Below are positions 8,424 to 17,206 of a DNA stretch of 57,610 nt, piece by piece. The notes beneath the pieces are model-generated. The model was not told the DNA's origin. It did not search any database and saw only the letters and a program-made list of their open reading frames with translations. Every line of letters begins with the position of its first letter. The first letter of the stretch is position 1. The position numbers and the translations under genes were made by a program. The DNA is taken from the IMG/VR virus record IMGVR_UViG_3300047560_001024, positions 1 to 57,610 of that record; one strand, written 5' to 3'. Origin of the DNA: a virus (taxonomy: Duplodnaviria > Caudoviricetes).

Positions 8424-8683
8424 AAGAAATTAAAGAACTAGGTAGTTTCAGCTATTGGACTGAGCATTATTACGGTAGCCAGCGAAATATCACTACTATT
8501 AGTTGGAAAGGCAAGGGCGAAGTTGATAGTAGAGAAATTTATAAATGGTGTAAGAAAACATTTGGTAAGAGTGGCTACAGAGAAGATATCGAAGATAGTT
8601 ATTGGGTTGACAATACTGAGTTTGGAGAAATCATGCTATGCAAAGATGAATTCGTTACGGCGTTTCTATTGAGATGGACATGA
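8420..8683 (+). CDS. FxLRW-family small protein
   Basis: KWCKKTFG; ends KDEFVTAFLLRWT. Confidence 0.85.
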   Translation: MKEIKELGSFSYWTEHYYGSQRNITTISWKGKGEVDSREIYKWCKKTFGKSGYREDIEDSYWVDNTEFGEIMLCKDEFVTAFLLRWT

Positions 8684-8898
8684 GTGTCACGATTAAACTT
8701 AACGGTAGATTAGGCCCACATGAAGAACAGTGGTTAGCAAAGAACGTTGGCCCTCGTTTGCACTACCTACACAACAGCGTAGGTGGACAAGGTTGGATCG
8801 CTAGACATGACTGGACTAAAGATAATACTATGCAATGGACTCTTACGTTAGAGAATGAAAGCTATGCTAGTTTCTTTATATTACAGTTTCCGCAATGA
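8680..8898 (+). CDS. FxLRW-family small protein (divergent)
   Basis: QWLAKNVGP; ends LTLENESYASFFILQFPQ. Confidence 0.8.
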   Translation: MSVTIKLNGRLGPHEEQWLAKNVGPRLHYLHNSVGGQGWIARHDWTKDNTMQWTLTLENESYASFFILQFPQ

Positions 8899-9113
8899 TA
8901 GAAGTTAAGGCACTTGATTGGATCCCCAGTCAGGGAATAGAAGTAGTCAATGCTCTCAGAGAAAAAGGCTACGTTATGGGCAGAGACTTCGAATGGGAAT
9001 ATCATAAACCCAAATATGATGACATTACTTACGAAGCAGTGTATAATAGATATATCCTATTCCGATTCTATGAAGATGAATTAGCAACATGGTTTAGTTT
9101 AAGGTATCTATAA
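8895..9113 (+). CDS. FxLRW-family small protein
   Basis: ends FRFYEDELATWFSLRYL. Confidence 0.85.
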   Translation: MIEVKALDWIPSQGIEVVNALREKGYVMGRDFEWEYHKPKYDDITYEAVYNRYILFRFYEDELATWFSLRYL

Positions 9114-9388
9114 TGGCATTATCAACAAGTACGGGAACATTTGCACCATATACAGGTTACTCTGCGCCTGAGGATCGTAGCGGCGTTGAACAAACATCGA
9201 GAGGCCGTGTCCTTTACAAAATCGATTTGAATTATCGAAAGATTAATGAAGTAGAACATGTCAAGTGGTGCCGCAGAAACTTAGGTGATAGGGGTGACGG
9301 CTGGGACTTTTGGTTAGCAGGTGGATTGTTGTATATAGAGTGCTGGGACGATAAGGCTAAGTTCACTTATGAAATGTGGCAAAACTAA
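9113..9388 (+). CDS. divergent FxLRW-family-like protein
   Basis: KWCRRNLG.RG.GWDF; ends IECWDDKAKFTYEMWQN. Confidence 0.75.
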   Translation: MALSTSTGTFAPYTGYSAPEDRSGVEQTSRGRVLYKIDLNYRKINEVEHVKWCRRNLGDRGDGWDFWLAGGLLYIECWDDKAKFTYEMWQN

Positions 9389-9389
9389 T

Positions 9390-9683
9390 ATGACAGAGTT
9401 AGTAACAATAAACGGCATCATCCTATCAATACAACAGTATATGAAGATAGGTGATAAAATCATTTTCTACGAAGCACCTGAACTTGGATCAGGTATTTCT
9501 ATCATATCTGAGGCACAACGACTAGATTACAAAGGTGATGGGTTTACATGTACGTTTCCTTGGCCTCAAAATGACAAAGCACTGTTCAAGCAATTTATGG
9601 ATAGTGTGTACGAAAATCGCAACAATCCTACAGTGAAGGATCAGTTGGAAAAGTTAAAAATAGTAATGGAGTTAATAAGATAA
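9390..9683 (+). CDS. hypothetical protein containing a virion-repeat-like beta module
   Basis: ATG at 9390; VTING...Y...GDKIIFYEAP..G..ISI and YKGDG.T.TF. Confidence 0.7.
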   Translation: MTELVTINGIILSIQQYMKIGDKIIFYEAPELGSGISIISEAQRLDYKGDGFTCTFPWPQNDKALFKQFMDSVYENRNNPTVKDQLEKLKIVMELIR

Positions 9684-10234
9684 TGGCAGATATAATGATT
9701 GACATTGAGAGTTTAGATACAACTCCAAACTGTGTGATATTGACAATTGGTGCAGTATTGTTCGACCCTAAAGGTAACGGCATTATTGATAAACTAGAAT
9801 TGAGACCCACTATCGAAGAACAAACTGATATCTTCAACCGTTCTATTAATCCTGATACTTTGCGTTGGTGGAGTGAACAATCTGAAGCCGCCCAAGAAGA
9901 AGCATTAGGCGATAGAGACAGAGTATCATACAAAGAGTGTATGGATACACTATACAAGTGGTGCTGGAAGTATAACAATGGTAAAGTATGGAGTAACGGT
10001 GCAAGTTTCGACATTGTAGTTATGGAATCAGCATGGCGAGACCATAATCAATTAGCACCGTGGAACTTCTGGAACGTTAGAGACACACGAACTATCTATG
10101 ATATTTGTAATGTCAAACTTAAAGACGGTGGACATACAACAAGTCACAAGGCTGTAGAAGACGCAGAACGACAAGCTATTGTTGTTCAACAAGCATTTAA
10201 GAAATTGATTAAAGCAGAATTAGTTACACCATGA
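9683..10234 (+). CDS. DEDDh 3'-5' exonuclease (DexA/Rv2179c-like)
   Basis: MIDIESL (ExoI), WSNGASFD (ExoII), RDTRT, HKAVEDA (ExoIII). Confidence 0.9.
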   Translation: MADIMIDIESLDTTPNCVILTIGAVLFDPKGNGIIDKLELRPTIEEQTDIFNRSINPDTLRWWSEQSEAAQEEALGDRDRVSYKECMDTLYKWCWKYNNGKVWSNGASFDIVVMESAWRDHNQLAPWNFWNVRDTRTIYDICNVKLKDGGHTTSHKAVEDAERQAIVVQQAFKKLIKAELVTP

Positions 10235-10815
10235 AGTTTCAGTCAGACATAGATATTGACTTTGGTAACCGTGATGATATTCTAAAACATATCAAGCATA
10301 TACCTGCGGCTATGCGTAGAGTTCATCCTGTTCGTAAACATGCGACTGGTATCTATGTTACTGAGATTCCATATGACAGTGATAACGACATTGCTAACTT
10401 AGATTATACAGTAGCAGAAGAACGAGGATATGTTAAGATTGATATGCTGAATGTTCACGTGTACGAGCAAGTGCGTGACGAAGAACATTTGATTGAATTG
10501 ATGGATGAACCCGATTGGTCTATGCTTAAAGATAAAAAGATTGTGGAACAGTTGATTCACTTATCTAATCATTACGACAGCCTTCAGAAGATGCCTGAGC
10601 CAGTTGATACTATGCCCAGACTAGCTATGTTTTTAGCTGTGATTCGACCTGCAAAGAAACATCTTATCGGACAATCATGGAAGACAGTTGCTAATTCTGT
10701 GTGGGAAAAAGAATCAGACGGCTATCACTTTAAGAAAAGTCATAGTGTTGCTTATGCTCAGTTAGTGGGAGTTCATATGAATTTGTTAAGGCAGACGCTT
10801 AACAAGAGTAATTGA
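10231..10815 (+). CDS. mini DNA polymerase III alpha (DnaE)-like protein, catalytic/C-terminal half
   Basis: SDIDIDF, KHATGIY, GYVKIDMLN, AVIRP, GYHFKKSHSVAYA in DnaE order within 194 aa. Confidence 0.85.
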   Translation: MKFQSDIDIDFGNRDDILKHIKHIPAAMRRVHPVRKHATGIYVTEIPYDSDNDIANLDYTVAEERGYVKIDMLNVHVYEQVRDEEHLIELMDEPDWSMLKDKKIVEQLIHLSNHYDSLQKMPEPVDTMPRLAMFLAVIRPAKKHLIGQSWKTVANSVWEKESDGYHFKKSHSVAYAQLVGVHMNLLRQTLNKSN

Positions 10816-11166
10816 TTTGCGCTTACTCTTGCGCTTATTGAGTTCAAGCATACTACAGATTGGCCCATGAATGATGTTTAAACTCTTGTTATTGAACGTT
10901 CGTAGATAGGGTCTAAAGACAGTCCATTCTTCTTTTAAGAACATATTGATTGGGACTAATCTGTTTGATTCCCACCACCAGATATCTCCTAGTTCTAAAA
11001 ACTTCTCTCTAAGTTCGGGGCCGATGATTGCACCGTAGTCATAGATAGTGGTAACTATATCGTCCCTGTTTTGGACAATGCCAACGTAATCCTGTCCTGC
11101 ATAGGAGCAAACAGTGATAAACGGGTGGTTTTCGCTAAGGCGCTTGAAAAATTCGTTGTGTATCAT
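10786..11166 (-). CDS. hypothetical protein
   Basis: 126 aa ORF preceded by GATAAATA on minus strand (11188-11195). Confidence 0.75.
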   Translation of the reverse strand: MIHNEFFKRLSENHPFITVCSYAGQDYVGIVQNRDDIVTTIYDYGAIIGPELREKFLELGDIWWWESNRLVPINMFLKEEWTVFRPYLRTFNNKSLNIIHGPICSMLELNKRKSKRKSITLVKRLP

Positions 11167-11187
11167 TAAAAATAGACGTACTAGGAA

Positions 11188-11231
11188 TATTTATCACCTG
11201 GGCAAACCCAATATATTATTTGTCATAAATA
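11188..11231. promoter_or_regulatory. divergent pair of T4-like late promoters
   Basis: GATAAATA on minus (11188-11195) and ATAAATA on plus (11225-11231). Confidence 0.65.
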
Positions 11232-11249
11232 CAGCATAGGAGCCAATTC

Positions 11250-12002
11250 GTGTACTCAACATCAGTTTACTTTCAAATACCAAGACAAACCGTAGTGTTG
11301 TACTTTGGCGATTCAACAAGGAGATACCAAACCGTGTACGCTAAAAATCTAACATTACATAAGGGCGTTGATAACAGACTTCAATTCCAATTCATTAACC
11401 AGGAACAGAAGCCTGTGGATATCACAGACAAAGAGATTACTTGCAGAATCATCAGCCATGACGGGACAGTTGAATTAATCCGCAAAACATTGACACCATT
11501 GTTACCGCTCAAGGGTCTAGCAGAACTACAACTTCACGCAGATGATTTGCACGATATTGAGTCTCAACCTGGATACTACTCACTTGAAATCCCTGAAGGT
11601 GAGTTTGACTTACCGGTGTTTGTTGACTCTAATTCTGGTGCTAGAGGTACTATCAAAGTTGTTGATAGTGTTAAGCCAAAACATCAATCAAGTGATTTAC
11701 TAACTATCGAATCTCACCGTGAAGCAGTTCATTATGCTCCTGTAACATACTATAGCGGAGAATACTTAACTGATGGTAACCCATTGTTAACTACTCAAGT
11801 GTACTTTGAAGATTATACTGGTAACGTGCAGTTCGAAGGTACTACACTAACAGATAGTGATTGGTATGAGATTGGCGAGCCATATGTCTACGATACACAG
11901 AATGGCACTGTTTATTATACCATCGAAGGTTTTCACGCTAGAGTTCGTGTTAAGTTTGCAGACAGTGCAAACGGTAACGCAACTAAAATTTTAGTAAGAT
12001 AA
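11250..12002 (+). CDS. putative virion structural protein (two beta domains)
   Basis: GTG start with AGGAG SD and late promoter; KGVDNRLQFQFINQEQKPVDIT; C-terminal domain resembles ORF 57309. Confidence 0.7.
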   Translation: MYSTSVYFQIPRQTVVLYFGDSTRRYQTVYAKNLTLHKGVDNRLQFQFINQEQKPVDITDKEITCRIISHDGTVELIRKTLTPLLPLKGLAELQLHADDLHDIESQPGYYSLEIPEGEFDLPVFVDSNSGARGTIKVVDSVKPKHQSSDLLTIESHREAVHYAPVTYYSGEYLTDGNPLLTTQVYFEDYTGNVQFEGTTLTDSDWYEIGEPYVYDTQNGTVYYTIEGFHARVRVKFADSANGNATKILVR

Positions 12003-12015
12003 TATACCGATATCA

Positions 12016-12044
12016 TTGCAAGACGATACATACTATGCTAAAAT
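12016..12044 (+). promoter_or_regulatory. sigma70-type promoter, probably leaderless
   Basis: TTGCAA-17 nt-TAAAAT with extended TG; ATG 6 nt downstream. Confidence 0.7.
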
Positions 12045-12050
12045 AGTAGT

Positions 12051-13031
12051 ATGTTCGATATCATATCATTAATCCCGGGTAAGAAGAAACTAACGGGTAG
12101 CGGTTGGACTAGTTTCAACGCTATCTGTTGTGGTCACCGCGGACATAAACCTGACCGTAGAAGTCGAGGTGGGATTAAATTCGATGGACCCACAAATTGG
12201 GTCATGCACTGCTTCAATTGCGGCTTTAGTTGTAACTTCATACTGGGTAAAACTATCAGTCCTAAGGCTAGAGACTTCCTTAAGTGGTGTGGCGCAGATG
12301 AGGATCAAGTTCAACGATGGAACTTAGAAAGTCTACAAAACAAAGACTTGCTAGATTTTACACAACCTAGAAAGAAACGTGACCGCATCAAGTTCAAATC
12401 TAAAGATTTGCCCAGTGCAGAAATGTTAAGTGTTACTGATCCGAAACACAAACCATTTGTTGAGTATCTACAAAAACGAAATATCGATCCTACTAGTTAT
12501 CCCTTCATGGTAACTCCTAATGATAAAGATAGGTATGCGAATCGAATTGTTATTCCGTACACATATGGTAACAAGATTGTAGGACATACTAGTAGGTTCA
12601 CTGATAACAGAATACCAAAGTATATCAATGACCAGCAACCGGGTTATGTGTTCAACATTGATATTCAGAAACCAGATTGGCAAGTTTGTATTGTAACTGA
12701 AGGTATCTTTGATGCACTATCAATCGATGGTGTAGCAATCATGCACGATGATATTAGCCCAGAACAAGCACAGTTGTTAGCAACATTAAATAAACGCATT
12801 ATTGTTGTCCCAGACTTTGACAAGACTGGGATGAAGATTATAGATAGGGCACTAGAACTGGGTTACTCAGTTAGTCTACCGCAATGGGAACCCGGAGTCA
12901 AGGATGTAAACGATGCAGTAGTCAAATACGGCAAACTACCTACTTTACTTAGCATACTACAAAATGCTACAATGAGCAAGATAAAACTAGAATTACAGAG
13001 GAAGAAGATTGGCAAACAAAACGGATTCTAA
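12051..13031 (+). CDS. DNA primase (T4 gp61-like)
   Basis: Zn ribbon (ICC...HCFNC), RIVIPY, PKY, TOPRIM VTEGIFDA, PDFDKTG, KDVND. Confidence 0.92.
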   Translation: MFDIISLIPGKKKLTGSGWTSFNAICCGHRGHKPDRRSRGGIKFDGPTNWVMHCFNCGFSCNFILGKTISPKARDFLKWCGADEDQVQRWNLESLQNKDLLDFTQPRKKRDRIKFKSKDLPSAEMLSVTDPKHKPFVEYLQKRNIDPTSYPFMVTPNDKDRYANRIVIPYTYGNKIVGHTSRFTDNRIPKYINDQQPGYVFNIDIQKPDWQVCIVTEGIFDALSIDGVAIMHDDISPEQAQLLATLNKRIIVVPDFDKTGMKIIDRALELGYSVSLPQWEPGVKDVNDAVVKYGKLPTLLSILQNATMSKIKLELQRKKIGKQNGF

Positions 13032-14466
13032 ACAAATAGAATACACACCAGACGTACAGAAGTTATTTTTGCGAATGATGCTTACTAACGCCGAGTTGTA
13101 TACTCGGGTTATGAACATTATGAACAGTGAGAACTTTGACAAGAGCCTTCGCCCCGTAGCGGAGATGTTTAAAGAACACACTGACAAATATAAAGTGTTA
13201 CCTGATGTAACACAGATTCAAGCAATGACTGGGATAGAGATTGAAACTATTCCTGAATTGAATGAAGGTCATAATGATTGGTTCTTAGATGCATTCGAAG
13301 CATTTACTAAGCGCCAAGAACTTGAACGAGCAATTCTTAAAGCAGCCGACATGCTTGAGAAGGGCGACTTCGCTCCTGTTGAAAAGTTAATCAAAGACGC
13401 AGTGCAAATCAGTTTACAAAAAGACATGGGTACTGATTACTTTGCTGACCCTAAGGCACGTATCAACAAGTATTTTAACGCAGGTGGACAAGTATCTACT
13501 GGCTGGCCACAGATGGACAAGATTCTATATGGTGGTATGTCACGTGGTGAATTGAATATCTTCGCAGGTGGTTCAGGTTCGGGTAAGTCTCTTGTTATGA
13601 TGAACTTAGCATTGAACTGGTTGCAAGTAGGTATGAGTGGTGTTTACATTACACTTGAATTGTCAGAAGAACTAACCAGTTTGCGTACTGATGCGATGTT
13701 GACTGAAACCGGTACTAAGATGATTCGTAAAGATATCGATACTACTGACTTGAAAGTTAGAATGGTCGGAAAGAACTCGGGTAAGTATCGTGTTAAAGCA
13801 TTACCAGCACAATCAAACGTTAATGACATTCGTTCATACTTAAAAGAAGTACAGATTCAGACAGGTATCAAAGTTGACTTTGTGATGGTTGACTACTTAG
13901 ACTTGGTTATGCCAGTATCTGTTAAAGTTAACCCTAACGACCAGTTTATTAAAGACAAGTATGTAGCAGAAGAATTGCGTAACTTAGCTAAAGAGATGGG
14001 TATTTTGTTAGTTACAGCGTCACAGTTGAATCGCTCTGCTGTTGATGAAATCGAATTCGACCACAGTCACATTGCAGGTGGTATCTCAAAGATTAACACA
14101 GCAGATAACGTGTTTGGTATCTTCACAAGTCGCAGTATGCGTGAGCGTGGTAAGTATCAGATTCAGTGTATGAAGTCACGTAGTTCGACAGGTGTTGGTA
14201 TGAAGATTGACTTGGATTACGACATGGAAACTATGCGTATCTCAGACAGCGATCCTGACGGGTATGCTGACCAGCAAGCAAAATATCGCCCCTCACCTAG
14301 TCCCAACGATATTATGAGCCAGTTGAAACCACAATCAACACTGAATTCGTCTGAGCCGATAATTGACCAGACAACAGGGGAAGTTTTACAGCCCCTAGAG
14401 AAAAAAGTCGTAGTAGACGTTCAGGGTAGCAAGCTAAAAGCAATGCTAAACAATCTGAAAAAGTGA
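13009..14466 (+). CDS. replicative DNA helicase (DnaB/T4 gp41-like)
   Basis: Walker A GGSGSGKS, ITLEL, MVDYLDL, TASQLNR, KSR. Confidence 0.95.
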   Translation: MANKTDSKQIEYTPDVQKLFLRMMLTNAELYTRVMNIMNSENFDKSLRPVAEMFKEHTDKYKVLPDVTQIQAMTGIEIETIPELNEGHNDWFLDAFEAFTKRQELERAILKAADMLEKGDFAPVEKLIKDAVQISLQKDMGTDYFADPKARINKYFNAGGQVSTGWPQMDKILYGGMSRGELNIFAGGSGSGKSLVMMNLALNWLQVGMSGVYITLELSEELTSLRTDAMLTETGTKMIRKDIDTTDLKVRMVGKNSGKYRVKALPAQSNVNDIRSYLKEVQIQTGIKVDFVMVDYLDLVMPVSVKVNPNDQFIKDKYVAEELRNLAKEMGILLVTASQLNRSAVDEIEFDHSHIAGGISKINTADNVFGIFTSRSMRERGKYQIQCMKSRSSTGVGMKIDLDYDMETMRISDSDPDGYADQQAKYRPSPSPNDIMSQLKPQSTLNSSEPIIDQTTGEVLQPLEKKVVVDVQGSKLKAMLNNLKK

Positions 14467-14490
14467 TAAATATATAATAGGGACTTAATT

Positions 14491-14739
14491 ATGCAACGCA
14501 AAACCCGTAGTCTGCTCGAAGAATTAGAAGACCTTGGTAAAAACCGAGATACGAAGCACATTATTGAGAGCCGTGCCCACAACATCATCACTAGTGCAAT
14601 CAATTTGATTGAAATGATTAACAAGCACTATGATCCTGAAAAAGCACAGATTTTAGAGCGCAAGCTATTGAGTGCCATCAAGGCTAGGGACCAGTCTAGG
14701 TTCGCAAAGAGCCTAAAGAAAAATGATGAAGAGGCATAA
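14491..14739 (+). CDS. hypothetical late protein
   Basis: 82 aa; GATAAATA at 14465-14472. Confidence 0.75.
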   Translation: MQRKTRSLLEELEDLGKNRDTKHIIESRAHNIITSAINLIEMINKHYDPEKAQILERKLLSAIKARDQSRFAKSLKKNDEEA

Positions 14740-14786
14740 ATAAGTATATGAATCTATAGGATTCAACTTTTTAAAGGAAAAATATC

Positions 14787-15065
14787 ATGGCTTATACAAA
14801 TCGTGTACACGGCGGTTCAGCACCATTCTCAGCAGTTGGTCGTCAAGAATATTCATTGAAGTCTTTCTCTAAGACAAACATTACTCAAGCAGAATTAGAT
14901 GCTTTGGTAACTTCAGTTGCTCAATTGAACACAATTATGATGATTGGCGCATTCGAAGCTGGCGTTTCAGACGTAGTTCGTATGTTAGTTGAAGGTCAAG
15001 GCGTTGAGAACGGTAGCTTGTCTGCTGGTGGCGCATCTTTCACTGTTGCTGACGTAACATTCTAA
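14787..15065 (+). CDS. small putative virion protein
   Basis: CATAAATA at 14735, AAGGA SD, followed by terminator. Confidence 0.7.
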   Translation: MAYTNRVHGGSAPFSAVGRQEYSLKSFSKTNITQAELDALVTSVAQLNTIMMIGAFEAGVSDVVRMLVEGQGVENGSLSAGGASFTVADVTF

Positions 15066-15083
15066 TATTAACGCAAGTTAATT

Positions 15084-15113
15084 AAAAAGCCCCTAAAATC
15101 TAGGGGCTTTTTT
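15084..15113 (+). terminator. rho-independent terminator
   Basis: AAAAAGCCCCTA-aaatc-TAGGGGCTTTTTT. Confidence 0.9.
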
Positions 15114-15131
15114 ACCGCTATAAATATCTAC

Positions 15132-15581
15132 ATGACAACCAAGATTAGATGTACCACACTGTTTAACATCACTAAAACTGGGGTACCTAACCGCAGAACT
15201 CCTGCAGGAATACCCCAAGAGAAAGTAACTGAGTGGGAGAAGAATAGAAACAGTCAAAGTAACTTTGACACAATCATTCAGGTTCTCTCGTTGAGAACAC
15301 AACCTGAAGATATTTCTACTCCTGTGCAAGATATTATTGTGTTTAACGAAGCAGATAGGTTTGGGTTTCTGTTTGAGAATGAAGAAGCACAACCAATATG
15401 GACTTTTGACTTCACGGTCAACTACGATAATGTATATAGCGACGGAATCAATGATTTGGGCGCATTATACTCTGACTGTGACGGAGTACCCATGATTAAG
15501 AATCTAGGAGAGTGGAGCAAACTACCTAACTTTTTAGATTCTAGCGCAGAATTAAGGAATATTCACTTTGAAATTATCTAA
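15132..15581 (+). CDS. hypothetical late protein
   Basis: perfect TATAAATA at 15119-15126, 5 nt before ATG. Confidence 0.75.
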   Translation: MTTKIRCTTLFNITKTGVPNRRTPAGIPQEKVTEWEKNRNSQSNFDTIIQVLSLRTQPEDISTPVQDIIVFNEADRFGFLFENEEAQPIWTFDFTVNYDNVYSDGINDLGALYSDCDGVPMIKNLGEWSKLPNFLDSSAELRNIHFEII

Positions 15582-16056
15582 GTCCAAAGAAAAACGATTC
15601 TATAATGTTCTACATGACATTATTGCGGATACTGCATTCGACCAACTTGAGAGTAAGATTATCTACAAAGAGGGTAGTCAGTATAAGTTGTTTGGGCAGT
15701 ATACAATTGACAAAGTTGACACAGCATATCATGTAAGCAAGATTAACGTAGCTGGGGAAAAAGTATTCTCAGACCTACGTTATGCAGTTGCATGGTCTAC
15801 TTTAGACAAACTGAACCGTGTATGGGATGCAAATAGAATCTGTCAATTAGACAAACAGTTAGCAGATACTACGGTTCAATATAAACAGCATTCTAAGCTA
15901 CTTCAAAAAGCAAAGGATATCGATACATACGTCTTGTTCAAGACTAAAATCGGTGAAGATTTAGTAAAGCAGGAACTAGCTTCCCGCGAGATAAACGAAT
16001 ACGTGAGATTCGCTAAAAATTGGCAAAATAACGTCTTTCGTCAGGCTACTAAATAA
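15568..16056 (+). CDS. hypothetical protein
   Basis: 162 aa ORF, TTG start uncertain. Confidence 0.7.
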   Translation: MKLSKSKEKRFYNVLHDIIADTAFDQLESKIIYKEGSQYKLFGQYTIDKVDTAYHVSKINVAGEKVFSDLRYAVAWSTLDKLNRVWDANRICQLDKQLADTTVQYKQHSKLLQKAKDIDTYVLFKTKIGEDLVKQELASREINEYVRFAKNWQNNVFRQATK

Positions 16057-16099
16057 ATTGAAATTGATAAATACTATATCAGTTCTTTAGGGAAAAACT

Positions 16100-16837
16100 A
16101 TGAAACTATCAGAATTTAACAGCAATCCAACTACAGTCGCTAAGAGAGCGTTGGAAGAACACTTCAACACGAAGTTTAACGTTGACCAATTAGGCCTTTT
16201 CGAAACAAAGAAAATGCTTAACAAAGTCAAAGGTCTAATCCGCGAAAGCAAGACTGTAGAATCACAAAACAATCCAGCATACTTGAAACTAGTATTCATG
16301 GAACAAGCATTGACACATCACTATGGTGATTTGAAAGCAATGCCAATGTACAATCAACGTATCGTTGTAGAAAACGAGCAAGTTGAGAAGTCACAAGTTA
16401 TCTTGGCTGCACAAGAGATGGTTGACTCAATCCAGAAGATGGTTGAGCAAGTATCTGACATGCTAGTTAAAGAATTACCAGCAGTTGTTGACGGTGTTAA
16501 CAGCGAAGTTGGTACAAACGAAGGTCAACAATTCAATGACCAAGTTACTCAAGCATTGACTTCATTGCAAGCAGCCTTGACTGGTTCAAAGACTGGTCTA
16601 TCAGGTGCTCTAGGTGTTATCACTGGTCAAGCAGGTGGCTTTGATGCTACTGGCGCAGCAGCAGGTGCAGAGCCTGACATGGGTGCTGAACTAGGTGGTG
16701 ATGATATGGGTGCTGAACTAGGTGGTGACGACTTAGGCGGTGATGATATGGGTGCTGAACTAGGTGGTGACGAAGCTCCAGCTGATTTAGAAGAACCAGA
16801 AGAAATCGCAGGGACAGTAGGTAGAGCTACTCGTTAA
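16100..16837 (+). CDS. putative head assembly/internal protein with acidic tail
   Basis: GATAAATA at 16066; MKLSEF start; helical core; acidic repeats. Confidence 0.65.
   Translation: MKLSEFNSNPTTVAKRALEEHFNTKFNVDQLGLFETKKMLNKVKGLIRESKTVESQNNPAYLKLVFMEQALTHHYGDLKAMPMYNQRIVVENEQVEKSQVILAAQEMVDSIQKMVEQVSDMLVKELPAVVDGVNSEVGTNEGQQFNDQVTQALTSLQAALTGSKTGLSGALGVITGQAGGFDATGAAAGAEPDMGAELGGDDMGAELGGDDLGGDDMGAELGGDEAPADLEEPEEIAGTVGRATR
16679..16773 (+). repeat. in-frame tandem repeat (MGAELGGDD x3)
   Basis: ATGGGTGCTGAACTAGGTGGTGA occurs three times. Confidence 0.9.
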
Positions 16838-16838
16838 T

Positions 16839-17162
16839 ATGAGACTCTTTGAGTTTGCGGACGCAGATCCATTACGTGTAAAGTTGACTGGCGTCGCTAG
16901 TCAACTTAACCAACTTGTCCAAGGCTCAACTGAAAAGCTTCCGACAGAAGAATTCTTAAAACTATTACGTCAAAATGGCGTTAACTTAGGTAAAGAAGAC
17001 TTGTTCGACATTGTGCATAAAGATCCATTGAAAAACATCATTGCCAATGTTAATGCACACGAAGTAACATTCAAAACACAAGAACCAGACGAAGCACCCG
17101 AAGGCGATGCTGACGAAAATGCAAAGATTCGACAGCAAATGGCAAGCAAACAAGTCGGTTAA
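16839..17162 (+). CDS. hypothetical late protein
   Basis: 107 aa; MRLFEF start. Confidence 0.75.
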   Translation: MRLFEFADADPLRVKLTGVASQLNQLVQGSTEKLPTEEFLKLLRQNGVNLGKEDLFDIVHKDPLKNIIANVNAHEVTFKTQEPDEAPEGDADENAKIRQQMASKQVG

Positions 17163-17170
17163 CCAAATAG

Positions 17171-17200
17171 ATTGTACTACGAAGTAATTTGTAGTACAAT
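17171..17200 (+). promoter_or_regulatory. palindromic sigma70-type promoter, probably leaderless
   Basis: TTGTAC-17 nt-TACAAT; ATTGTACTAC/GTAGTACAAT perfect inverted repeat; ATG 6 nt downstream. Confidence 0.7.
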
Positions 17201-17206
17201 TTCCAT

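Larger units (their letters stand above)
1945..9388 (+). repeat. tandem array of small paralogous genes with conserved 3' ends (FxLRW family)
   Basis: 24 overlapping ORFs; 18 end in F/Y/M-x-L-[RKMQ]-[WYF]; (T/C)TGAGGTGG at 2170, 3046, 3291, 5773, 6156, 6649, 6831, 7025, 7228. Confidence 0.9.

Noticed and set aside
2175-8679. Longer starts in the ORF track (MVM, MVLVEVAM, MVYVEVGM etc.)
   Set aside because: They are the alternative-frame reading of the upstream gene's conserved end; the ATG overlapping the stop has the SD at suitable spacing
1945-9388. CRISPR array or integron suggested by recurring TTGAGGTGG-containing repeats
   Set aside because: Repeats are degenerate, in frame and coding, separated by whole ORFs; no cas or integrase gene and no attC-like palindromes seen
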